Translations under genes and position numbers: made by a program
Notes under the pieces: model-generated
The model's input: only the letters and a program-made list of their open reading frames with translations
The model's database searches: none
Told to the model about the DNA's origin: nothing
Origin: a virus
Lineage: Duplodnaviria > Caudoviricetes
Direction: 5' to 3' (one strand)
Virus record (IMG/VR): IMGVR_UViG_3300025387_000015
Location: 1 to 64,000 of that record
DNA: 64,000 nt
Part shown: one piece after another, positions 48,849-55,621 of the stretch
Position numbering within the stretch: the first letter of the stretch is position 1
How the letters are laid out: each line of letters begins with the position of its first letter

Positions 48849-48855
48849 TAAAATT

Positions 48856-48880
48856 GGGGGTCTTGCACCCCCTTCTTTTT
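48856..48880 (+). terminator. Rho-independent terminator after gp45
   Basis: GGGGGT-CTTGC-ACCCCC followed by TTCTTTTT. Confidence 0.75.
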
Positions 48881-48896
48881 GTTATGATGGAGAAAT

Positions 48897-49196
48897 GTGA
48901 TGAGAATGCCAAAGAGACCCAGAACTGGGGTCGTCACGAGAAAGATTGCAGAAGATTTACAAGTAACGACCATTTATGGTAACAAAGAAGTTGTTAAAAT
49001 TACTTGCGCAACTTGTGGTATTCCGAAACTAAAATCTGAATTTTATTTAGAATCCAAAAGTAAAAGGAAGTACCAAAATCAAGTAAGAAAACAGTGTGTT
49101 AATTGTTGGGATCAATACAATGGATACATGGGTCCAAACAAAACTGTTTCTAGCAACAATATTATATCATTCTGTGAAGAGGTCGTAGATGCTTGA
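48897..49196 (+). CDS. hypothetical protein with two CxxC motifs
   Basis: CATC and CVNC; inserted between gp45 and gp44. Confidence 0.55.
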   Translation: MMRMPKRPRTGVVTRKIAEDLQVTTIYGNKEVVKITCATCGIPKLKSEFYLESKSKRKYQNQVRKQCVNCWDQYNGYMGPNKTVSSNNIISFCEEVVDA

Positions 49197-50127
49197 GCAA
49201 TTTTTGTGGGTAGAGAAATATCGCCCAAAGACTATAGAAGAAACTATTTTACCTTGTGACTTAAAAGCAGTATTCCAACAGTTTGTCGATCAGAAAAGTA
49301 TACCTAATCTTATACTTACTGGAACAGCAGGTATTGGAAAAACTACTGTAGCAAAAGCAATGCTCGAACAACTTGGTTGTGATTATATTGTAATTAATGG
49401 ATCTATGAATGGCAATATCGATACCTTACGAAATGAAATTCTTAACTTCGCATCAGCAGTATCATTATCAGGTGGAAGAAAATACGTTATCCTTGATGAA
49501 GCAGATTACCTTAATGCCAACAGCACTCAACCTGCACTTCGCAACTTCATGGAAGAATTTTCCAGAAACTGTGGATTTATTCTCACATGTAATTTCAAAA
49601 ATAGAATTATCGAACCGTTACATTCTAGGTGCTCTGTCATAGATTTTAAAATAAATAAAAAAACAACAGCTAAACTGGCTGCTCAATTTTTCAAAAGATG
49701 CTGTCTGATATTGGAACAGGAGGAAATTAAACATGACAAAGCAGTTGTGGCAGAAGTTATCAACAAACACTTCCCAGACTGGAGGCGTGTACTCAATGAA
49801 TTACAGAGATATTCTGCTACTGGCAGTATTGATTCTGGTATTCTTGCCAATCTTCAGGAAACTTCCATCAAGCAGCTTATTGAGTTCATAAAAGAAAAGA
49901 ATTTCACTGAAGTCCGTAAATGGGTATTTGAAAATCTAGACACAAACGTAAATGAATTGTTCAGAAAATTATATGACACTTCTTCTGAATATCTTAAACC
50001 AAATGAAATTCCAGCTTTTGTTTTGCTTATAAGTAAATATCAATATCAGTCTGCTTTTGTTGCAGATCAAGAAATAAACTTGGTTGCATTTTTCTCTGAA
50101 GTAATGTTAGAAGGTTTCTATAGATGA
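49189..50127 (+). CDS. gp44: clamp loader large subunit
   Basis: LWVEKYRP, GTAGIGKTT, ILDEAD, LRNFMEEF and PLHSRC. Confidence 0.96.
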   Translation: MLEQFLWVEKYRPKTIEETILPCDLKAVFQQFVDQKSIPNLILTGTAGIGKTTVAKAMLEQLGCDYIVINGSMNGNIDTLRNEILNFASAVSLSGGRKYVILDEADYLNANSTQPALRNFMEEFSRNCGFILTCNFKNRIIEPLHSRCSVIDFKINKKTTAKLAAQFFKRCCLILEQEEIKHDKAVVAEVINKHFPDWRRVLNELQRYSATGSIDSGILANLQETSIKQLIEFIKEKNFTEVRKWVFENLDTNVNELFRKLYDTSSEYLKPNEIPAFVLLISKYQYQSAFVADQEINLVAFFSEVMLEGFYR

Positions 50128-50486
50128 ACCCTTTTGACTTAGTAAATGATATATCATATGCAAAGAAATATATTCTAGAAGAAGAAAAGCATTATTTACC
50201 CTTTATAGTAAATACTCATTTTTCTTATTTTGGTGATTCTATATTCTTTGCTAATGAAATGAATATGAATTACCATTTAGATAAGAAATTACAACATGAC
50301 TATTATTTTCATGCCCTTCGTAAAAACAAAAGAAAGTCTAAATGGCACAAAAAAGGAAATGAAGACTCATTAGATTGCATACAACGTTATTATGGATATG
50401 GACCACAAAAGGCAAAAGAAGCTGCCAAGATCTTATCCAAGAAACAGGTCGAATATATTGTTAAAAAAATGACTCCAGAAGCATAA
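50124..50486 (+). CDS. gp62: clamp loader small subunit
   Basis: Y.PFIVN..FS...D.I.FANEMN and YYGY...KA.EA..ILS; synteny. Confidence 0.9.
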   Translation: MNPFDLVNDISYAKKYILEEEKHYLPFIVNTHFSYFGDSIFFANEMNMNYHLDKKLQHDYYFHALRKNKRKSKWHKKGNEDSLDCIQRYYGYGPQKAKEAAKILSKKQVEYIVKKMTPEA

Positions 50487-50497
50487 ACACAATTTTA

Positions 50498-50505
50498 TAT
50501 AAATA
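50498..50505 (+). promoter_or_regulatory. TATAAATA late-promoter consensus upstream of regA
   Basis: Exact consensus in an AT-rich gap; a chance match is possible. Confidence 0.45.
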
Positions 50506-50540
50506 TTCGGTATGCAATAATAATAAGAAAAGGGTGAATT

Positions 50541-50945
50541 ATGAATGATATTTTAGACTCTCTAATTGAGGTTAAGATTGATGGAGAAGAGTCTTTCTTA
50601 AAGATCAAAGAAACTCTAACTAGAATTGGTGTTGCTTCTCGTAAAGAAAACAAGTTATACCAATCCTGTCATATCTTCCATAAACAAGGGCATTATTATA
50701 TTGTCCATTTTAAAGAAATGTTTATAATTGATGGAAAACCATCAAATTTCTCAGAAGAAGATATGGGTCGCCGAAACAAAATTGCAGAACTACTCCAAGA
50801 CTGGGGTCTATTGAAAATTGTAGACCAAGAAAGAATCAAAGATCCAATCGCACCAATGAATCAGATCAAAGTTCTTAATTATAAAGAAAAAGATCAATGG
50901 ACATTGGAAGCAAAATATCAGATAGGTCGTAAACGAACCACTTAA
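50541..50945 (+). CDS. regA: translational repressor RegA
   Basis: FLKIKETLTRIGVAS, LYQSCHI.HKQG.YYIVHFKE and RRNKIA.LL.DWGL. Confidence 0.96.
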   Translation: MNDILDSLIEVKIDGEESFLKIKETLTRIGVASRKENKLYQSCHIFHKQGHYYIVHFKEMFIIDGKPSNFSEEDMGRRNKIAELLQDWGLLKIVDQERIKDPIAPMNQIKVLNYKEKDQWTLEAKYQIGRKRTT

Positions 50946-50960
50946 TGGAGAAAATATATT

Positions 50961-51326
50961 ATGTTTGGATTTACTGTGAAGAAAAAAATTGAAACTCCAG
51001 CTGATGAAAAAATAGAGGAAATTAAGAATATTTTATTTCCTCCTTCCTCAGTAAGAGAAAAGTACGACGAAGAACAAGATAAAACAATCAAATATCAAGT
51101 AGACTACAGCATAGATATGAATCTAGATGCTGCTATCATTGATCTACAATCCGGTTACAATGATGAAACAGTCATAAATACTCTCAATGATACTTTAGAT
51201 CGACTCTATAAAGTTAGAGAACTACTCGAAGCTCATGCCGAGATTGATAAAAATGCCGAGTATATTATTGTCGACTCGATGAAACATAATCCGGATCTCG
51301 AGAATATAGAAGCATCAGAAATTTGA
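50961..51326 (+). CDS. hypothetical protein
   Basis: GGAG RBS; 121-aa acidic ORF. Confidence 0.6.
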   Translation: MFGFTVKKKIETPADEKIEEIKNILFPPSSVREKYDEEQDKTIKYQVDYSIDMNLDAAIIDLQSGYNDETVINTLNDTLDRLYKVRELLEAHAEIDKNAEYIIVDSMKHNPDLENIEASEI

Positions 51327-51351
51327 CTTTTTCAGAAATTTAAAGTATAAT
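51323..51351 (+). promoter_or_regulatory. sigma70-type (early) promoter TTGACT-N17-TATAAT
   Basis: Hexamers at 51323-51328 and 51346-51351, then AGGAG RBS and ATG at 51375. Confidence 0.75.
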
Positions 51352-51374
51352 AGATATACGATAGGAGATCGCGT

Positions 51375-51785
51375 ATGTCTATGCATATTCTTCCCGCTTA
51401 TTACACAACAACTGTTTCTCGACGTAAGTCCAAGAAAAAAACTAAAGATAAAATCACACAACACGATATATGGTTACTTAAGAATGGTGTTCATCCTGAA
51501 CAAATTCGTTTAAAGAAAACAGTTGACAAAAATTGGAAAAAAGAGTATAATGAATCGTTGAAGGTTGATCGTAGTGATTATGTTTCCTCAGGTTTGTCAG
51601 GTTCTAAGTCTTCCTGCGCAAAACGTGATATTATGACCAATCTTCACAAAGAACCAAAACATGTGCAAGATGCAATTTTAGAGAAAGCGTCAAGAGTTAT
51701 GCCACTTTATAACAAAGGTGGTTTACAGTTACTTTCTCCAAAAGATGATTTAACTCAAATCGGTACCAAGTCTAGAAGAGGATAA
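51375..51785 (+). CDS. basic hypothetical protein
   Basis: RBS and promoter upstream; Lys-rich, ends with PLYNKGGLQ. Confidence 0.65.
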   Translation: MSMHILPAYYTTTVSRRKSKKKTKDKITQHDIWLLKNGVHPEQIRLKKTVDKNWKKEYNESLKVDRSDYVSSGLSGSKSSCAKRDIMTNLHKEPKHVQDAILEKASRVMPLYNKGGLQLLSPKDDLTQIGTKSRRG

Positions 51786-51790
51786 TTATA

Positions 51791-52006
51791 ATGGTTAAGA
51801 CAACAGTAAGTGAGACTAATATCCTTACGGATAAAATTTCTAAAATCAGTGAATCTTTTACTATCAATATGTATAATAATGGATTCATGTTAGAATTTAG
51901 TGGTAATGATAACAACGATGATTGGGCTACCATCAAGATCGTTTGTAAAACCACTAAAGAAGTCTTGGATTTGATCCAAGAAGCTGTTAAAATGCAACGT
52001 TATTGA
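51791..52006 (+). CDS. hypothetical protein
   Basis: FTINMYNNGFMLEFSG...W...KIVC; in-operon ORF. Confidence 0.6.
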   Translation: MVKTTVSETNILTDKISKISESFTINMYNNGFMLEFSGNDNNDDWATIKIVCKTTKEVLDLIQEAVKMQRY

Positions 52007-52017
52007 GGAGAAAATAT

Positions 52018-52281
52018 ATGACTGCTAGTATTACTAAGGTTGAGAAAGTTTTTGAAGCTCTTGTTGGTCGTGGTGAAGAGTTAACTGCTGCTCAAATCAA
52101 GACACGTTATGGTATTGCTAACCCACATGATGCTATTTACCAGATCCGTCAGCAGGGTTATGCAATTTATTTGAACGAGAAGAAGAACTCAAAAGGTGAA
52201 ACTGTTGCTCGTTATCGTTACGGCAATCCTTCTCGTAAGCTAGTTGCTGCTGGCTATCGCGCATTGGCCGCTGGCCTCTGA
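52018..52281 (+). CDS. small winged-helix-like DNA-binding protein
   Basis: GEELTAAQIKTRYGIANPHDAIYQIRQQGY.I helix-turn-helix pattern; GAGGAG RBS. Confidence 0.6.
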   Translation: MTASITKVEKVFEALVGRGEELTAAQIKTRYGIANPHDAIYQIRQQGYAIYLNEKKNSKGETVARYRYGNPSRKLVAAGYRALAAGL

Positions 52282-52284
52282 GAT

Positions 52285-52308
52285 AGAGGGAGTTAATCTC
52301 CCTCTTTT
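52285..52308 (+). terminator. Rho-independent terminator
   Basis: AGAGGGAG-TTAAT-CTCCCTCT followed by TTT. Confidence 0.7.
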
Positions 52309-52312
52309 ACAA

Positions 52313-52738
52313 ATGAAAATATTAATTATTGGATTACCTGGAAGCGGTAAAACAACATTTTCCAAAAAACTTTACGAAGAACTAGAAAAAAGAAATATTC
52401 TAGTTGCTAGATATAATGGCGATGAAGTTAGAGAATATTATAAAGACTGGGATTTTTCTTCGGCAGGAAGATTGAGACAACTAGACAGAATGGTCGAAAA
52501 TGCTGAACTGTGCGAAAGAAATGGCATAGTATCTATTTGTGATTTTATTTGCCCATATGAATTATTCAGAGATTATTTTGATGCGAACATAACAATATGG
52601 ATGGATACCATAAAAGAAAGCAAATACGAAGACACAAATAAGGTATTCGAGGAACCTTCTAAATACGATTATCGTATAACAAGTTTCCAACAAATTGATA
52701 ATTTCGATTTTTTCCCGATAGCTCAGTTGGTAGAGTAG
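52313..52738 (+). CDS. adenylylsulfate kinase (CysC)-like P-loop kinase
   Basis: GLPGSGKTT, NGDEVR, DFS.AGR.RQ, ICP and FEEP; 3' end overlaps tRNA-Asn. Confidence 0.8.
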   Translation: MKILIIGLPGSGKTTFSKKLYEELEKRNILVARYNGDEVREYYKDWDFSSAGRLRQLDRMVENAELCERNGIVSICDFICPYELFRDYFDANITIWMDTIKESKYEDTNKVFEEPSKYDYRITSFQQIDNFDFFPIAQLVE

Positions 52739-52787
52739 GTGACTGTTAATCACTTGGTCCTTGGTTCGAGTCCAAGTCGGGGAGCCA
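52712..52787 (+). tRNA. tRNA-Asn (GTT)
   Basis: Full cloverleaf: acceptor TTCCCGA/TCGGGGA, D arm GCTC/GAGT, anticodon loop CT-GTT-AA, T arm CTTGG-TTCGAGT-CCAAG and encoded CCA. Confidence 0.93.
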
Positions 52788-52793
52788 TTTAAC

Positions 52794-52822
52794 TTGACAA
52801 TTACCTCTTTTGATGGTAATAT
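52794..52822 (+). promoter_or_regulatory. sigma70-type promoter TTGACA-N17-TAATAT with extended -10 TG
   Basis: TTGACA at 52794-52799, TG at 52814-52815, TAATAT at 52817-52822. Confidence 0.65.
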
Positions 52823-52891
52823 ATAGTTAAGGTTGATCGCTCAATAGATCCGTGTGGTCCAAAGGTTAGCCCACTCCTAATGGAGAGAAAT

Positions 52892-53200
52892 ATGAAAAAG
52901 AAAGTTATCACATTACTAACAATTCTTGGTATTTCACTTGCCGCTGTCGCTCCTGCTAATGCTTGGTGGCGTGGTGGTGGATACTATGGTGGATATGGCC
53001 GTGGATTCTATGGTGGTTATGGTTATGGTGGATATGGCGCAGCTCTGGGTATTGGTGCTGGTGCTGCTCTACTTGGTGGTATCATCGGAGGTGCTATTGC
53101 TAATGGTGGTGGCTACTATGGTGGTGGTTATTATCCTTATGGCAACTATTATGGTGGATATGGTTACGGTTATCCTTATGGTGGCTATTACGGGTGGTAA
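52892..53200 (+). CDS. secreted Gly/Tyr-rich protein
   Basis: Signal peptide ending APANA, GGYYGGYG repeats and a glycine zipper GAALGIGAGAALLGGIIGGAIA. Confidence 0.7.
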   Translation: MKKKVITLLTILGISLAAVAPANAWWRGGGYYGGYGRGFYGGYGYGGYGAALGIGAGAALLGGIIGGAIANGGGYYGGGYYPYGNYYGGYGYGYPYGGYYGW

Positions 53201-53201
53201 A

Positions 53202-53525
53202 ATGAAAAATTTGCTATTGACTCTTTTGTGTGTTATTGCTTTTACTTCACAAGCAAAAGCATTTAATGATGACTTCTTCAACTTCGGGGACGCTCAGTAC
53301 AATATATACAATGATAATCGTCGTGTTACGCAAAAGAAAACAGTAGTAAAGAATTATTATAACACAATAGTAAAGGAAGTGCCAGTTCCGGTACCAGTAC
53401 CTGTGGCACCTCCACCAATTCCTCCTCGTGTCATACTTCCTTCTTGCCGTATGGTTCCCGCGCAGCCAATATTGGATCCTTATGGAAGAGTTCTGGATTA
53501 TATGTATATGAGAGTTTGTTATTAA
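53202..53525 (+). CDS. secreted Pro-rich protein
   Basis: Signal peptide MKNLLLTLLCVIAFTSQAKA and VPVPVPVPVAPPPIPP. Confidence 0.6.
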   Translation: MKNLLLTLLCVIAFTSQAKAFNDDFFNFGDAQYNIYNDNRRVTQKKTVVKNYYNTIVKEVPVPVPVPVAPPPIPPRVILPSCRMVPAQPILDPYGRVLDYMYMRVCY

Positions 53526-53601
53526 GCTGCTGTAGCTCAGCTGGTAGAGCAACTGATTAGTAATCAGTAGGTCGGGAGTTCAAATCTCTCCAGCAGCACC
53601 A
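53526..53601 (+). tRNA. tRNA-Thr with anticodon AGT (A34)
   Basis: Acceptor GCTGCTG/CAGCAGC, D arm GCTC/GAGC, anticodon stem ACTGA/TCAGT with loop TT-AGT-AA, T arm GGGAG-TTCAAAT-CTCTC, and ACCA end. Confidence 0.9.
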
Positions 53602-53614
53602 CTAAGGTAATAAT

Positions 53615-53731
53615 ATGAGTAAAGAAATACTTAGAAGACAGGCAATATTCAGAGTTGTCATGTTCTTTCTTATAACTATCGTAATTGGATTTGTTGCAGG
53701 GGATCTACACGTTTTCTCAAGCATGAATTAA
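53615..53731 (+). CDS. small single-pass membrane protein (38 aa, not in ORF track)
   Basis: AAGG RBS; MSKEILRRQAIFRVVMFFLITIVIGFVAGDLHVFSSMN*. Confidence 0.5.
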   Translation: MSKEILRRQAIFRVVMFFLITIVIGFVAGDLHVFSSMN

Positions 53732-53732
53732 A

Positions 53733-54170
53733 ATGATTACTTCTCGTGATGAAAAATATATGGCATTTACTCGTAGAATAGCCATACAAAACACTAACTC
53801 GCAGAACAGAGCAAGACTGGCTGCGAGTTTAGTCATACGTAATGATATTGTTTCTATTGGTCAAAATTCTATCAAATCACATCCTCTTCAAAAGAAGTTT
53901 GCTAAAAACATTGAAGCTATTTTTAAACATGCAGAAGTAGATTGCATAATTAATGCATTGAGGCACGTAGACGCCGAACAGTTATCAAAAGCAACCCTAT
54001 ATATACATAGAGTAAAAAAACAAACAAAAGATTCCGTGGAATGGTCTGATGGATTTGCGGAACCTTGTATTGGTTGCAAACAAGCAATTAAACATTTTAA
54101 TATTAAAAGAGTAATATTTTCTAGCGATGAAAACAAAAGCTATATTGAAATAAATAACACGTCCACATGA
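53733..54170 (+). CDS. zinc-dependent deaminase of the cytidine/dCMP/TadA fold
   Basis: IVSIGQN, HAEVDCI, ATLYI, EPCIGC and IKRVIFS. Confidence 0.85.
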   Translation: MITSRDEKYMAFTRRIAIQNTNSQNRARLAASLVIRNDIVSIGQNSIKSHPLQKKFAKNIEAIFKHAEVDCIINALRHVDAEQLSKATLYIHRVKKQTKDSVEWSDGFAEPCIGCKQAIKHFNIKRVIFSSDENKSYIEINNTST

Positions 54171-54196
54171 AGTGGTCAAATGATAAGGAGATTATT

Positions 54197-54436
54197 ATGT
54201 TAAATGGATATAAGACATATATTGTTGCTACGTTAATCGCAGTTTTTGGTGTTCTTGCTCAGTACGACTGGAATGGGTTTCTTAACGATCCAAAAGCTGG
54301 ATGGGTGGCCCTTGCTTCTGCTGTTATTATGGCAATCATGAGATCAATTACGCAAATCACTACTGTTAAAGAAGCACTATATACTGAACCACCAAAACCA
54401 AATACAAAACCAACCCCTACTACTAAGAAGAAATGA
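54197..54436 (+). CDS. small two-TM membrane protein (holin-like)
   Basis: AAGGAG RBS; two hydrophobic segments and a basic C-terminal tail (TTKKK). Confidence 0.5.
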   Translation: MLNGYKTYIVATLIAVFGVLAQYDWNGFLNDPKAGWVALASAVIMAIMRSITQITTVKEALYTEPPKPNTKPTPTTKKK

Positions 54437-54443
54437 GGATTTT

Positions 54444-54767
54444 ATGAAAAAGATTATTGTTCTAGTGACCGCAGGTTTTCTCGGTCTATCCGTTGCTGGT
54501 TGTTCTTCAACCGGTACTACATCACCAACAGTGGTAACAACCATTTCTGATGTTCAGGCAGTTGTTTCGAGCGCTTGTGGATTCTTACCAGCAGCAACAA
54601 CTATCGCTTCAATCATATCAGCAAACCCTGCTGTTGCAACAGCTTCTCAGATTGCAGGTATTATTTGTCAGGCTGTCTCAAAGAAGTCTGCTTATAGAGG
54701 CGCAGCTGCTCCAACTGTGGTAGTTAATGGCCAGACGATCGAAATTAAAGGTCATTTTGTAAGATAA
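54444..54767 (+). CDS. lipoprotein
   Basis: Signal peptide with lipobox VAGC followed by S/T-rich linker. Confidence 0.7.
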   Translation: MKKIIVLVTAGFLGLSVAGCSSTGTTSPTVVTTISDVQAVVSSACGFLPAATTIASIISANPAVATASQIAGIICQAVSKKSAYRGAAAPTVVVNGQTIEIKGHFVR

Positions 54768-54773
54768 AAATAT

Positions 54774-54781
54774 TATAAATA
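54774..54781 (+). promoter_or_regulatory. TATAAATA late promoter upstream of a structured leader and ATE-like gene
   Basis: Exact consensus in the intergenic gap. Confidence 0.55.
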
Positions 54782-54791
54782 ATATTAATAT

Positions 54792-54896
54792 GGCTGGTAC
54801 CTCTGATGCGAATCAAGTACCAGTCTTCTTTTTGCCTAAATATAAGGCGAATTTTGAATTGTCTCTGTTGATCAGATAATGTAAATCCAACAGAGA
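54792..54896 (+). other. three-hairpin structured intergenic region (possible leader RNA/ncRNA)
   Basis: GGCTGGTAC/GTACCAGTC with inner TGAT-GCGA-ATCA then TTCTTTTT; GCCT/AGGC; TCTCTGTTG/CAACAGAGA next to the RBS. Confidence 0.45.
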
Positions 54897-54904
54897 AAGG
54901 AACT

Positions 54905-55621
54905 ATGAAAACAAAGATAAGCCATTTCTTCGGCGACCAAGAAGATTTAGACTTACAGCTTGTTAAACTTTCACTTGACTTAGAAAACTCAAAAGAATCA
55001 GAAGCTCTAGAAAAAGGCTGGCTGATATACGATAATACCTGGTATACTTGCAGATCATCAAGAATTGTTGTTGATGAATATAATTATCAAATAAATTCTT
55101 CAAGTTCTAAAAAGAAAATTAAGAATTATTCTTTTGAATACAAAGATAAATTCGAAATAAACGATTCTGTAATTAAAGTATATAATAGATTTCTAGAGAT
55201 TAAAAAGTTCAAAAAATTTTATCCATTAGAAAAAGATATGGAAAGAAGTTCCGGAGTATTTGTTTATAATAAAGAAAATGAATTGGTGGCTTATACTAAG
55301 ATGGTAAAGTATGATGGTGGTATAGAAAGCCAGTTTACTGTTTGGGATTATTCTGAACCAAGAGCATCAATTGGTAAATATCTTGTTGATTATGAGATTG
55401 ATGCAACCATAGCTCTAAATTATAAATATCTTTATATTGGTCCAGTGTATGGCCTTAATTCTATCTATAAGATGAACTTTGGTGGATTCGAATGGTGGGA
55501 TGGAGAAAACTGGAAAAAAGATGATCATGAATTATTTAAAATCTTAGAAAGAGATTCTAAGATTAATACATTAGAAGAGTTAAGTAATGCATTCATTCAA
55601 AATACACAAATATATAAATGA
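54905..55621 (+). CDS. arginyl-tRNA-protein transferase (ATE1)/Bpt-like aminoacyl transferase
   Basis: L.KGW, SR..V, LVAY..M, ES.FTVWDY.EP..SIG, E...A....YKYLYIG, IYK..F.G.EW, similar in layout to ATE_N/ATE_C domains. Confidence 0.65.
   Translation: MKTKISHFFGDQEDLDLQLVKLSLDLENSKESEALEKGWLIYDNTWYTCRSSRIVVDEYNYQINSSSSKKKIKNYSFEYKDKFEINDSVIKVYNRFLEIKKFKKFYPLEKDMERSSGVFVYNKENELVAYTKMVKYDGGIESQFTVWDYSEPRASIGKYLVDYEIDATIALNYKYLYIGPVYGLNSIYKMNFGGFEWWDGENWKKDDHELFKILERDSKINTLEELSNAFIQNTQIYK

Noticed and set aside
52823-52890. Possible third tRNA or remnant (GGTCCAAAGGTTAG resembles a D arm)
   Set aside because: No anticodon arm, T-loop or acceptor stem could be folded.
52926-53201. Long hydrophobic N-terminal half of the 199-aa ORF 52926-53525
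   Set aside because: It is a shifted-frame reading of the Gly/Tyr-rich gene; a signal peptide begins at ATG 53202.
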